A DNA stretch of 64,000 bases from an uncultured beta proteobacterium. Its GTDB lineage: Bacteria > Pseudomonadota > Gammaproteobacteria > Burkholderiales > SG8-41. Below the pieces are notes generated by a model. The model was not told where the DNA came from and ran no database searches. It saw only the letters and a list, made by a program, of their open reading frames with translations. Made by a program: the position numbers and the translations under genes. Shown in pieces: positions 11,347 through 22,064 of the stretch. The stretch's first letter is position 1, and every line of letters starts with the position of its first letter. The stretch lies in assembly GCA_903885665.1 (NCBI GenBank), contig CAISJL010000117.1, positions 78,607-142,606 on the forward strand, given 5' to 3'.

Positions 11347-12285
11347 TTAAAATACGCCCGCTTCATGCGCTTGTTGATCGGCATGATAAGAGGAGCGCAC
11401 CAGCGGTCCACTCGCTGCGTGGGTGAAGCCCATACGTTGCGCGGCTTCGGCGAATTGCGTAAAAATCGCTGGCTCTACATATCGCAGTACCGGAAGATGG
11501 TGACTGGACGGTTGCAAATATTGGCCGATGGTTATCATGTCGACTTGATGGTCGCGCAGGTCTTGCATCACTTCTAAAATTTCAGCATCAGTCTCACCTA
11601 AGCCCACCATTAAACCTGACTTTGCAGGGATCTCGGGGTGACGTTCTTTAAATGCTTGCAGTAGTCTGAGGGAGTGGGCATAGTCAGAGCCGGGGCGCAC
11701 CGATTTGTAGAGTCTGGGTACAGTCTCGAGATTGTGATTCATCACGTCAGGAGGGCAGCTCGATAAGATATCTAGCGCAATCTCTAAGCGCCCGCGAAAG
11801 TCAGGTACCAGTATTTCAATTCGGGTGTTTGGTGAGCGTGTACGCACAGCGCGAATGCAGTCTTTGAAGTGCTGAGAGCCGCCATCGCGTAAATCATCGC
11901 GATCGACACTGGTAATCACGACATACTTGAGTTGTAAAGCAGCTATGGTCTCGGCTAGATGCTCTGGCTCTTGTGCATCTGGTGGCTTGGGCCGACCATG
12001 ACCGACATCGCAAAACGGACAGCGGCGTGTGCATAAATCCCCCAGGATCATAAAAGTTGCAGTGCCTTTGCTAAAGCATTCGCTAATATTGGGGCAGGTG
12101 GCTTCTTCGCAAACCGTGTGGAGTTTTTGCTCGCGCAGAATTTGTTTGACCGCATTGAAGCGGGTGTTGTCACCCAGCCGCACGCGGATCCAATCAGGTT
12201 TTTTGAGCGGCGCACTAGGTACGATTTTGATCGGAATCCGTGCGGTTTTGGCTTGGCCTTTTTGTTTGATCTGGTCAGTGGTCAT
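11347..12285 (-). CDS. lipA: lipoyl synthase
   Basis: 312 aa with the two cluster motifs [12 protein letters not shown] and [10 protein letters not shown] (radical SAM). Confidence 0.97.
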   Translation of the reverse strand: MTTDQIKQKGQAKTARIPIKIVPSAPLKKPDWIRVRLGDNTRFNAVKQILREQKLHTVCEEATCPNISECFSKGTATFMILGDLCTRRCPFCDVGHGRPKPPDAQEPEHLAETIAALQLKYVVITSVDRDDLRDGGSQHFKDCIRAVRTRSPNTRIEILVPDFRGRLEIALDILSSCPPDVMNHNLETVPRLYKSVRPGSDYAHSLRLLQAFKERHPEIPAKSGLMVGLGETDAEILEVMQDLRDHQVDMITIGQYLQPSSHHLPVLRYVEPAIFTQFAEAAQRMGFTHAASGPLVRSSYHADQQAHEAGVF

Positions 12286-12962
12286 GATAGGGTGTCCGTG
12301 ATGTGTTGCGCGAGCAAGGGGCTGATCTGATCTGGTGTTGCAGTAATTCCAAAATCACGCATTCGGGTAACGCTTAAGTTAGGATAGCCACAAGGGTTAA
12401 TGTGTTCGAATGGCCACAGATCCAGATCAACATTGAGCGCGAGTCCGTGATAGCAGCAACCATTTTTGATGCGTAAGCCAAGGGCTGCAATTTTAGCAGA
12501 ACCAACGTAGACGCCGGGGGCTGATGGATTACCTGTGGCCGAAATATCAAAATCGGCCAGTAAGTCGATGACCCCCTGCTCCAAGAGGCGCACTAATTTG
12601 CGAATCCCTAATTGGCGGCGTTTTAAGTCCAATAAGACATATGCCACTAACTGGCCAGGTCCGTGGTAGGTGATTTGTCCACCGCGATCAATCCGCTCGA
12701 TCGGAATACCAACTGCACTGTGAGGTTCATGTTCGGGTTTGCTGGCAATGCCAGTGGTGTAGGTGGGTGGATGCTCTAATAACCATAATTCATCTACGGT
12801 ATTGGCATCTCTGCTTCGGGTAAAATCGCACATCTGTTGCCAGGTAGGTCTGTAGGGTACTAAGCCGAGTTGCTGAATGCTGATCGGAATTGTACTAGTG
12901 CTCTGTTGAATAGGCGCAGAGCACGAGGCAGGAGCAGGACTGGATGGCGCAGAATGATTCAT
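12282..12962 (-). CDS. lipB: lipoyl(octanoyl) transferase
   Basis: 226 aa with [14 protein letters not shown] and KIAALGLRI. 4-bp ATGA overlap with lipA. About 25-aa Ser/Pro-rich N-terminal extension relative to E. coli LipB, with no alternative in-frame start seen. Confidence 0.93.
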   Translation of the reverse strand: MNHSAPSSPAPASCSAPIQQSTSTIPISIQQLGLVPYRPTWQQMCDFTRSRDANTVDELWLLEHPPTYTTGIASKPEHEPHSAVGIPIERIDRGGQITYHGPGQLVAYVLLDLKRRQLGIRKLVRLLEQGVIDLLADFDISATGNPSAPGVYVGSAKIAALGLRIKNGCCYHGLALNVDLDLWPFEHINPCGYPNLSVTRMRDFGITATPDQISPLLAQHITDTLS

Positions 12963-12995
12963 GTGCTAGATTATAAGTGTATCGGAGGAGAGTGC

Positions 12996-13505
12996 GTGAA
13001 AATCAACAGCGTGATTGGAGTCATTGCGACGGCTTTTATGGTTTTGGGGGCAGCGTCTATATGGGCGCAATCGGCTTCAGGATATGGTGTGCATTTGCGC
13101 CAAGTCTATTTTGCTTATCAAAAAGTCTTAGCCAGACAAGAGGCCTGTGTCCAAGCGCACGCAGAACAGACCCAAGCGAAGCAGCCCCAGGCCAACACTG
13201 ATGTCTTCGTGTTGTGGCAACAACGCCATGCTAGCCTCATTGCCGAGCTGGATGGTCGACTCACCGCTTTAATTAAAGGCGCGTCGACTACTCAACAAGA
13301 GTTTGTTAGGCAAATTGGCAAGTATGAAAGTTTGATTTTAGAGTATCGTCGTACTGAGCGTGATCAGTTGTTAGCGCAAAGTCCAGTGTCTCTGGCGCAG
13401 ACGTGTGAGGCGCATAGACGTGATTTAGCGCAAGCCGGAGATCAATGGAGTGTCGAGCATGCGCCGGCATTGGCTGAAATTCGCAAGCGGGCTTGGCCCG
13501 AGTAG
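12996..13505 (+). CDS. hypothetical secreted protein (signal peptide plus helical, Gln/Ala-rich body)
   Basis: The track ORF starts at 12870 inside lipB. I place the start at in-frame GTG 12996, 5 nt after GGAGGAG (12985-12991). This gives VKINSVIGVIATAFMVLGAASIWAQS..., a typical signal peptide. No family recognised. Confidence 0.55.
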   Translation: MKINSVIGVIATAFMVLGAASIWAQSASGYGVHLRQVYFAYQKVLARQEACVQAHAEQTQAKQPQANTDVFVLWQQRHASLIAELDGRLTALIKGASTTQQEFVRQIGKYESLILEYRRTERDQLLAQSPVSLAQTCEAHRRDLAQAGDQWSVEHAPALAEIRKRAWPE

Positions 13506-13554
13506 TTGGGTGCAAAATGCGTGCAAAGCGGCTATCCCGTGTATGTAGGTTAGC

Positions 13555-13854
13555 CTATAGTGCCATCACTACCCCAGGCAGTTGGCATAAGCTTTGATAC
13601 AGCGCATCGAGCTGAGCTTTAGATTCGGCATGTAGCGTGCAACTGACACTTTGGTAGTTACCTTTAGCGCTGGGTTTGATCGTGAGAGTGCTCGCTTCAA
13701 AACTTGGGACATGTGTTTGAATAGTACGCAATACCGAAGGTGCAAATTCAGCTGTGGTGTGCCCTAATACTTTTAACGGGAATTCGCACGGAAATGTCAG
13801 CAAGGATTCAGTGGGTGCGACTGTAGGCTTAGTACTCATTGGACTAGTCGGCAT
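13555..13854 (-). CDS. ybeD: DUF493 family protein (YbeD-like)
   Basis: 99 aa with the FPCEFPLKVLG signature. Conserved position in the dac-ybeD-lipB-lipA cluster. Confidence 0.85.
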   Translation of the reverse strand: MPTSPMSTKPTVAPTESLLTFPCEFPLKVLGHTTAEFAPSVLRTIQTHVPSFEASTLTIKPSAKGNYQSVSCTLHAESKAQLDALYQSLCQLPGVVMAL

Positions 13855-14710
13855 GTTCTTGTTTGAACTGTTGATATAAGGCTAGCATGCGTTTGAATAA
13901 GAAGCCAGGCTGACCATCACCTACGGGTTTACCATCTAGCTCAGTCACCGCTAACACCTCTTTTGTTGATGAGGTGATCCAAATTTCATCAGCGCTAAAC
14001 ACCTCAGCAGTGGATACGGGGCGCACTTCAATTTGAAATTCGCGCGCACGAGCGATTTCAATGACTACATCGTAAGTGATCCCCGACAAAATTAAATTCG
14101 ATTTGGGAGGAGTTAGTAGCACACCATCTTTTACTACAAATACATTACTCGATGATGCTTCAGTGAGCTCGTCGCCGCGAAATAAAATGGTCTCGGTAGC
14201 ACCGATGTCAGCAGATTGCTGACGTAACATACAGTTACCTAAGAGGGCAATGGATTTGATGTCGCAGTTAAGCCAGCGATTGTCTTGTGCCGTCACACAG
14301 CGCACACCAGAGGCGATTAGATCGGCAGATGGCGTCACTAGCGGTGAGCTCATTAAAAATACAGTAGGTGTGATATTGGATGGATACGCATGATCACGTT
14401 TAGCCACGCCACGAGTGATTTGGAGATAAATGGATTGGTTGGGGTTGTGAGGGTTAGGGTTTTTAGCAATCATCGCTGCAATGAGTTCTGACCATTGCTC
14501 AGTGCTGTGAGGATTGGTGATGCGTAATCGATCTAGACTGTGTTGTAAGCGTATTAAGTGTGCACTCAGACGAAATGGTCGGGCTTGATAAGTGGGGATG
14601 ACTTCGTATACCCCATCACCAAAGATAAAACCGCGATCAAGTACAGGTATGCGAGCCTCCTCAATGGGCAAGAAATCGCCATTTAAATATACGATGTCAG
14701 TCATGGTCAC
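13844..14710 (-). CDS. dat: D-amino-acid aminotransferase (fold-type IV PLP enzyme)
   Basis: 288 aa with RGFIFGDGVYEV and other class IV aminotransferase blocks. Overlaps ybeD by 11 nt. Confidence 0.72.
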   Translation of the reverse strand: MTMTDIVYLNGDFLPIEEARIPVLDRGFIFGDGVYEVIPTYQARPFRLSAHLIRLQHSLDRLRITNPHSTEQWSELIAAMIAKNPNPHNPNQSIYLQITRGVAKRDHAYPSNITPTVFLMSSPLVTPSADLIASGVRCVTAQDNRWLNCDIKSIALLGNCMLRQQSADIGATETILFRGDELTEASSSNVFVVKDGVLLTPPKSNLILSGITYDVVIEIARAREFQIEVRPVSTAEVFSADEIWITSSTKEVLAVTELDGKPVGDGQPGFLFKRMLALYQQFKQEHAD

Positions 14711-14759
14711 TCCAGTCTATGTTGCTTTTAAAACAGTTAAATATGATGAGTTTTGTTGT

Positions 14760-15911
14760 TTAGAGCGTTTTGAACAGCATTAAAAAACTATCCCACAGGC
14801 GCCCAAAAAAACCGGCACTTGCCATCGGCTCTAGTGCGAGTAGTGGCACGTCACGATACGGTTTGCCATCGAGAGTGAGTTTGAGCGTGCCGACTACTTG
14901 CCCTGCATTAATTGGCGCAGACAGCCCCGGCCGGAGTTCTATGGTCGAGCTTAGTTGTGCGGCACGCCCTTTCGGAACAGTGACATACAAGTCGGAGGTG
15001 GCGCCAGCTTTTAGCGTGTTTGCTGCACCCTTCCAGACGCGCGCTTCTGAAATCACTTGATTGCTTTTGTAGAGCAGTGTGCTGTCAGAGAATTGAAACC
15101 CCCAGTTGAGCAGTTTTTGACTTTCAGTGGCGCGCGCATGATCTGACTCTGCTCCCAATATAATACTGATGACGCGACGATTATCGCGTAGTGCTGAAGT
15201 AATTAAGCAGTAGCCAGCTTTTTCGGTAAAGCCCGTTTTAACACCATCTACACTCGTGTCCCACCATAGCAATCGGTTACGATTGTTTTGGGTGATATTG
15301 TTATAGCGGTACTCTTTTTGTGAATACAAAAGATAATATTCAGGAAAATCGCGAATGAGAGCGCTGACCAAGATGCCAAGATCACGAGCGGTGGTATAGA
15401 GTTCCGGAGACGGTAGACCAGTGGCGTTGACGAAATGGCTATCTTGCATCCCAAGTTGTTTAGCTTTTCGGTTCATCAGTTGAGCAAACTGCGCTTCGCT
15501 ACCAGCAACAGCTTCAGCTAGGGCGATGCTGGCATCATTGCCCGATTGAATGATTAGGCCATGTAATAGTTGATCGACACTGACTGGTTTCTTGGGGTCG
15601 ATAAACATTCTCGAGCCCTCAGCCTGCCAAGCATGATTGGAAACGGGTATGAGTTGCTCTAGTGTGAGGGACTTTTGCCGCAACGCGTTAAAGACCAAGT
15701 AGGCAGTCATGAGTTTGGTGAGCGATGCCGGTTCAATTCTGGTGTCTGGTAGTTGTGCGCCGATGACTTGACCACTATTAAAGTCTATCAGCAGCCAATT
15801 GCGCGCCTCAATGGTTGGTGTTTCAAGCTGATGGATTTGGGCGCAAGTAATAGCCCCATAGATGCTGAGCAAGACAATACAGTAGAAGCGGAACAAGGTC
15901 ATGGTGTGCAA
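14760..15911 (-). CDS. D-alanyl-D-alanine carboxypeptidase (PBP5/6, peptidase S11)
   Basis: 383 aa with a signal peptide and the SLTKLMT (SxxK), SGN and KTGFT motifs. Confidence 0.92.
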   Translation of the reverse strand: MHTMTLFRFYCIVLLSIYGAITCAQIHQLETPTIEARNWLLIDFNSGQVIGAQLPDTRIEPASLTKLMTAYLVFNALRQKSLTLEQLIPVSNHAWQAEGSRMFIDPKKPVSVDQLLHGLIIQSGNDASIALAEAVAGSEAQFAQLMNRKAKQLGMQDSHFVNATGLPSPELYTTARDLGILVSALIRDFPEYYLLYSQKEYRYNNITQNNRNRLLWWDTSVDGVKTGFTEKAGYCLITSALRDNRRVISIILGAESDHARATESQKLLNWGFQFSDSTLLYKSNQVISEARVWKGAANTLKAGATSDLYVTVPKGRAAQLSSTIELRPGLSAPINAGQVVGTLKLTLDGKPYRDVPLLALEPMASAGFFGRLWDSFLMLFKTL

Positions 15912-16064
15912 AAGCCTTATTAAAACTGTCTGAGATCTGGAACTGAGGTCAAATTATCGCACGGAGTGGCACAGACTTGGGCTTGCAGCGATTTTTTTGA
16001 TAGAAAGTTATGCCGTACTGATTTTCCCTCAGGTAGAATTAGTAATTATTATCGTTTTAGGTGA

Positions 16065-16958
<894 letters not shown>

Positions 16959-16962
16959 TCGC

Positions 16963-17646
16963 GTGCTAAGCGCAAGGCTACGGCGAGTAGGTCCTGAGCC
17001 TGTTGGGTTTCGGTCGCAACGTCAGCAACCAACCTGGATTTTTGATTTGGATAATACCTTGCATGATGCAAGGCCTTATATTTTTCCGCAAATCAATCAC
17101 GCCATGACCGCCTATATTCAACAACATCTTGGCCTAGATTATGATGCAGCGTGTCAACTGCGGCGACACTATTGGTTGCGTTATGGAGCGACTTTGTTGG
17201 GCTTGATGAAACATCATGGCACTGATCCGAATCATTTTTTATGGCACACCCATCAGTTTCCACGCTTGCGGCAGGTGGTGGTGAGTGAGCCTGGCTTGCG
17301 TATCCAAGTGAGTCGATTGCCCGGACGGAAATTTATTTTTTCAAATGCACCGAAACATTATGTTGACGCGGTCCTCGATGTCTTGGATATTCGCGATTTA
17401 TTTGTTGCAGTGTTTGGGATTGAATGCGTATGCTTTCGACCTAAGCCAGCTGCGCGGGGTTTTTTACAATTGTGTCGCGCCCAGCACATTCGTATGCAAC
17501 ACTGTATTATGGTGGAGGATACCTTAGAGAATTTGTATGCTGCTAAAAAATTGGGTATGCGCACCGTTTGGATGGCACAGGCACAGCGCACCCCAGGATA
17601 CGTAGATCGGCGTATTAGCAGTCTCTCCGAGTTGTCTTTGAATTGA
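16963..17646 (+). CDS. pyrimidine 5'-nucleotidase (HAD superfamily)
   Basis: 227 aa from a GTG start, with HAD motif I WIFDLDNTLH and the later motif MVEDT. Confidence 0.75.
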   Translation: MLSARLRRVGPEPVGFRSQRQQPTWIFDLDNTLHDARPYIFPQINHAMTAYIQQHLGLDYDAACQLRRHYWLRYGATLLGLMKHHGTDPNHFLWHTHQFPRLRQVVVSEPGLRIQVSRLPGRKFIFSNAPKHYVDAVLDVLDIRDLFVAVFGIECVCFRPKPAARGFLQLCRAQHIRMQHCIMVEDTLENLYAAKKLGMRTVWMAQAQRTPGYVDRRISSLSELSLN

Positions 17647-17678
17647 TCCATACTTATTGTTAATTAACCGAGGTTCCC

Positions 17679-18263
17679 ATGGCCCGCAACGGTGAACGTA
17701 AGATCCAGATATTACAAACATTAGCGCAAATGCTCGAAGGCCCTGCAGTAGCACGGATTACGACAGCCGCACTTGCGGCGCGTATTGAAGTGTCGGAAGC
17801 GGCTTTGTATCGACATTTTAAAAGTAAAGCCGATATGTTTGCCGGTTTGATCGATTTTGTAGAACACACTTTGTTTTCGTTAATCAATAAAATAACAACT
17901 GATGAGCATAGTGGTTTAGTGCAGCTCGAAGCTATCATGAGTATGTTGCTGGGTTTTGCTGAAAAGAATCGAGGGCTCACGCGGGTGTTGATTGGTGATG
18001 CGTTAGTCAGTGAGGACGATGCTTTGCAGTTGCGCATCAATCAGATTCACGAGCGTCTGGAAGCGGCGCTCAAGCAAGCTTTACGATTTGCGATCACCCG
18101 CAATGAAGTGCTTGCAGATATCGATGTTTCAGCGCAAGCCAATGTCATGATGAGTGTTGTTGCTGGGCGCTGGCATCAGTATGCAAAAAGTGGATTTCGG
18201 CGCGATCCTAAGCAATACTGGACAACTCAATGGAAGCAATTAATGGAAGGTGTGCTCGCCTAG
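17679..18263 (+). CDS. slmA: nucleoid occlusion factor SlmA (TetR family)
   Basis: 194 aa. N-terminus NGERKIQILQTLAQMLE plus a TetR-type HTH (ITTAALAARIEVSEAALYRHF). Confidence 0.85.
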   Translation: MARNGERKIQILQTLAQMLEGPAVARITTAALAARIEVSEAALYRHFKSKADMFAGLIDFVEHTLFSLINKITTDEHSGLVQLEAIMSMLLGFAEKNRGLTRVLIGDALVSEDDALQLRINQIHERLEAALKQALRFAITRNEVLADIDVSAQANVMMSVVAGRWHQYAKSGFRRDPKQYWTTQWKQLMEGVLA

Positions 18264-18283
18264 TTCTGACTGACATTATTTGA

Positions 18284-18322
18284 TTAATGTGATGCGTTAA
18301 TCCGATGCGTTAATGTGATGTA
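18284..18322. repeat. 3 tandem copies of a 13-bp unit
   Basis: TTAATGTGATGCG / TTAATCCGATGCG / TTAATGTGATGTA, read directly. Starts 20 nt after the slmA stop, in a convergent spacer. Confidence 0.85.
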
Positions 18323-18440
18323 ACAGTTGTATTGCAAGGGTTATATTGCGATAGATGTGGTCCGCTAATAATGAATAGATGCCGCGCTGTCAAAACAAGG
18401 TATCGTTTATTGGGTTTTCAATATGAGGCACTTGTTTAGA

Positions 18441-19193
18441 TTAACTGCGCTCAGCGCACACCGAGCACGCCGGATCGCGGGGCAGGCCGATGGTGCGAAT
18501 ATCCATCTCTAGACAGTTGAGTAACAACAGTTGACCGCTCATAGAGCTGCCTGTGGTTGTGAGTAGTTTTAGCGCTTCGGCAGCTTGTAGCGTGCCAATG
18601 ATGCCCACCACTGGTGCAAACACCCCCATCACCGCACAGCGCATCTCTTCGGTCTCGCCCGCTTCAGGATATAAACAAGCGTAACAAGGCGCTTCGGCGT
18701 GCCGTAAATCAAACACCGCGAGTTGTCCATCAAAACGAATGCCAGCCCCCGAGACTAAGGGTTTGTGGGCGCGCACACAGGCACGATTGACCGCGTGGCG
18801 AGTTGCAAAATTATCACTGGCATCGATCACGAGATCAGCACTAGCGACCAAGCTGATTAATTCTGCGTCATCGACCCGTCGGGGGACGGTATGAATTTGA
18901 ATTTCTGGGTTGAGTTCGAGCAAGGTGTGGCGTGCTGAGTCAACTTTAGCGTGGCCAACACTGGCACTACGATGTATCACTTGGCGTTGCAGATTGGTTA
19001 AGTCAACGTGGTCGTCATCACAAAGTGTTAACCGACCAACGCCAGCCGAAGCCAAATAGAGTGCGGCTGCTGAGCCCAAGCCACCCAAGCCAATGATGAG
19101 GACATGGGCGTCGAGCAAGGCTTGCTGACCATCGATACCGATCTCGGGCAGCAGGATGTGACGGCTATAGCGTAATAACTGATCGTCATTCAT
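18441..19193 (-). CDS. moeB: molybdopterin-synthase adenylyltransferase (ThiF/MoeB family)
   Basis: 250 aa with RYSRHILLPEIG, a GLGGLGS nucleotide loop and two CxxC pairs (CYAC, CSVC). Confidence 0.75.
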   Translation of the reverse strand: MNDDQLLRYSRHILLPEIGIDGQQALLDAHVLIIGLGGLGSAAALYLASAGVGRLTLCDDDHVDLTNLQRQVIHRSASVGHAKVDSARHTLLELNPEIQIHTVPRRVDDAELISLVASADLVIDASDNFATRHAVNRACVRAHKPLVSGAGIRFDGQLAVFDLRHAEAPCYACLYPEAGETEEMRCAVMGVFAPVVGIIGTLQAAEALKLLTTTGSSMSGQLLLLNCLEMDIRTIGLPRDPACSVCAERS

Positions 19194-19244
19194 AGTCGCT
19201 GTCTATGTGCTCAGTGCTCAGTGCCAAGCATTGAGTACATAGAC

Positions 19245-20651
19245 TTAATATTTGCTTTTGAGATAAGCCAGCGCTTGGTTTAATTCGTAGTCATTGGGAG
19301 AGACGATGTCACCGGTTTCAGGCCGTAGCAACTTCTCGTCCACCTCTTTGGGTCTGGGTGCAGGAGTGAATTGATATTTGATTGTGGCTTTGGCTACAGC
19401 TTGTGCTTTGTCTTCCACTTGCGGTGCAGGATTGGTTTCGGACAAGTGCTTAGACAAGTCAGACTCGCGGAGTTTGAGCCCTGCATTCGTCGAACTACCA
19501 TCATCTAGTGGTATATCCGGCACAATACCTTTGGCTTGGATTGAGCGGCCTTTGGGGGTGTAGTAGCGCGCTGTGGTGAGTTTGATTGCGGTGTTATTGC
19601 CTAGCGGTAGTATAGTTTGAACCGAACCTTTACCAAACGTTTGCTGCCCCATGATGACAGCACGTTCATGATCTTGGAGGGCGCCGGCTACAATTTCTGA
19701 GGCTGAGGCGGAACCACCATTGACTAATACCACCATAGACACTGATTTGACTTCGGGAGGTAATTTCTTCAAGAAGTCATCTTTGCCGCGACTGCGTAGA
19801 TAATCTTCAGGGGTGGCTTTCAGACGCATTTTGGCGTCTTCGCTACGACCATCGGTATAGACCACTAGTGCATTGGTGGGTAAAAATGCTGCTGATACAG
19901 CGACCGCACCGTTGAGCAGGCCACCTGGATCATTGCGTAAGTCGAGTATCAAGCCGCGCATCGCACCCTTATTGGCTTTGAATAGTTTTTCGATGTCATT
20001 GGCGAGAGTCTCACCCGTGTGCTCTTGGAACTGGGTCACACGAAGGTAAGCGTAGCCGGGCTCGAGTAGCTTTGACTTAACGCTTTGAATTTTGATCACA
20101 GCCCGCGTTAAGGTAAATAGTAAGGGCTTAGTCTCGCCTTTGCGCAATACGGTCAGGATAATTTGGGTGTTTGGTTTGCCGCGCATGCGTTTGACCGCGT
20201 CACCTAATGTGAGCCCTTTAACTGCTGAGTCATCTAGTTTGATAATCAGGTCACCAGCTTTAATACCGGCACGAGAAGCTGGGGAATCATCAATTGGGGA
20301 GACTACGCGCACATAGCCGTCCTCCATCCCTACTTCAATACCGAGCCCGCCAAATTCACCTTGCGTGCCGACTTGCATTTCTTTAAACGCATCTTGATCC
20401 AAATAGGCGGAGTGGGGGTCTAGCCCAGATAGCATGCCATTAATAGCTTCGGTAATGAGTTTTTTGTCGGTGACGGTTTCGACATAGTCGCTTTTGATCC
20501 GACCAAATACTTCAGTAAATGAGCGTAACTCTTCTATCGGCAGCGGTAGTGCGGCACTCCGTTGGGCGATCGCTGAGTAGTTGATACTGATGGCTACACC
20601 GATGACTACGCCAAAGAAAAGTAGGCCGATGTGCTTTAATTTACTACCCAT
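19245..20651 (-). CDS. carboxy-terminal processing peptidase (S41)
   Basis: 468 aa with an N-terminal anchor, a PDZ region, GGSASASEIVAGALQD (Ser nucleophile) and TFGKGSVQ (Lys). Confidence 0.92.
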   Translation of the reverse strand: MGSKLKHIGLLFFGVVIGVAISINYSAIAQRSAALPLPIEELRSFTEVFGRIKSDYVETVTDKKLITEAINGMLSGLDPHSAYLDQDAFKEMQVGTQGEFGGLGIEVGMEDGYVRVVSPIDDSPASRAGIKAGDLIIKLDDSAVKGLTLGDAVKRMRGKPNTQIILTVLRKGETKPLLFTLTRAVIKIQSVKSKLLEPGYAYLRVTQFQEHTGETLANDIEKLFKANKGAMRGLILDLRNDPGGLLNGAVAVSAAFLPTNALVVYTDGRSEDAKMRLKATPEDYLRSRGKDDFLKKLPPEVKSVSMVVLVNGGSASASEIVAGALQDHERAVIMGQQTFGKGSVQTILPLGNNTAIKLTTARYYTPKGRSIQAKGIVPDIPLDDGSSTNAGLKLRESDLSKHLSETNPAPQVEDKAQAVAKATIKYQFTPAPRPKEVDEKLLRPETGDIVSPNDYELNQALAYLKSKY

Positions 20652-20819
20652 TCATAACTCCCGGAAAATAGCCTGTATAAAAAACATTCTGTGAATATCA
20701 GTGAAACGCTCAAAAAAATCAAACAATCTATAAAACAGATTAAAACGGGTAAGGCCGTGACTGCCATCATACCTATTGCGCAGCGGGCTTAATAGGAATT
20801 TTAGCGGCTACTGCCAGAC

Positions 20820-22064
20820 TTAGCGCATTTTCATCCAACTTAATGGGTCAAACGGTTTTCCTTCATGGCGCATCTCGAAGTATAAACCTGATTCTGGGTT
20901 GCCGCCGCTGTTGCCCACGGTAGCAATTGGCTCTCCGCTGCGGATATTGTCACCCACTTGTTTGAGTAAGGCTTCGGCGTTAGCGTAGAGGGTGAGGTAG
21001 CGATCGCCATGGTCAATGATCAGTAAGTTGCCAAAACCGCGCAGCCAATCGGCATAAACTACCCGACCTTCGGCAACCGCTCGCACATCCTCTCCGCGCT
21101 TGGCGGTAATAAACAGCCCCTTCCAGGTAATCCCGCCATCAGCTCTGGGACTGCCAAAGCGCCCACTGAGCTCGCCACGCACGGGTAGTCCGAGTTTGCC
21201 GCGTAGTGCGCCAAAGATGCTGCGGTCATTGCTTGGACCTGTGGGCAATGGCGCAGTTGATCGTTCGGCCTTTTGAGGGCTCTCAGTGCTCTCGGATTTG
21301 CGACCAGTATTGCGCTCACGCACCGGTGGCTTACGCGCTAGCTTCGCCAATTGATCCACCAAGCGGGTTAAGCGGTTCTCGTTTGCTTGCATGGCGCGAA
21401 TCTCTTGTTGCTGAGCACGAATTTCGCGTGATAGGCTGGCCAACACATCAGCTCTGGATTTCTTTTCTTTTTCTAGGCGATCTTTTTGGATGGTTTGTTC
21501 TTTAACGATGTTGGCGATGGTCGCAACCTGACCTGCAATTTCGGTTTTGTAGCGATTGATCTCATTTAAGTTGCCGCGCAAGCTTTCGACTAATTTGCCG
21601 CGGGCTTGTGCAATATGACCGAGATAGTGGAGTTGGCGCGCTAGTGCGTTGGGATCATCTCGGCTAAAGGCCAGGGCTAAGGCGTTGGGCTTGCCTCGCA
21701 GGTATTCTTCGCGCAGCATTTGGCCTAGTAACTCTTGTTGCGCACGCAGTGCGGTATTGGTGTCTTGGGCAGCTTGGCGTAGTTCGTTGAGTTTGTTATT
21801 GGACTCCTCAGCGCGTCGATTTAAAATATGTAGCTCGCGGTTAGCCTCAGAGATGGCACGTTCTGATTTGCGTAGCGAGTCGGAGGCAACGCTACGCGTC
21901 TCCTCGGAGGCCGCTAGTTTTTTTTGTAGAGAATTGATGCGGTTACGAAGATCTCGCAATTCTTCACGGGTTTGCGGCGCGCTTGGGGTGGCCGCGCTGG
22001 CGAGAGCGGCCACCATCACAAGACAGGCTGTGCACAGGGTGATCAACCAATAGGTTTTTTTCAC
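20820..22064 (-). CDS. envC: murein hydrolase activator EnvC (coiled coil plus LytM/M23 domain)
   Basis: 414 aa with a signal peptide, a long Q/E/R-rich coiled-coil half and a C-terminal GNLLIIDHG...LYFEMRHEGKPFDP block. Lies downstream of gpmI (4-bp overlap), as in E. coli gpmM-envC. Confidence 0.8.
   Translation of the reverse strand: MKKTYWLITLCTACLVMVAALASAATPSAPQTREELRDLRNRINSLQKKLAASEETRSVASDSLRKSERAISEANRELHILNRRAEESNNKLNELRQAAQDTNTALRAQQELLGQMLREEYLRGKPNALALAFSRDDPNALARQLHYLGHIAQARGKLVESLRGNLNEINRYKTEIAGQVATIANIVKEQTIQKDRLEKEKKSRADVLASLSREIRAQQQEIRAMQANENRLTRLVDQLAKLARKPPVRERNTGRKSESTESPQKAERSTAPLPTGPSNDRSIFGALRGKLGLPVRGELSGRFGSPRADGGITWKGLFITAKRGEDVRAVAEGRVVYADWLRGFGNLLIIDHGDRYLTLYANAEALLKQVGDNIRSGEPIATVGNSGGNPESGLYFEMRHEGKPFDPLSWMKMR

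Noticed and set aside
12870-12995. N-terminal extension of the 211-aa track ORF, overlapping the lipB 5' end
   Set aside because: The extension ([28 protein letters not shown]...) is Arg-rich and overlaps lipB coding sequence. An in-frame GTG at 12996 with a GGAGGAG Shine-Dalgarno gives a clean signal peptide instead.
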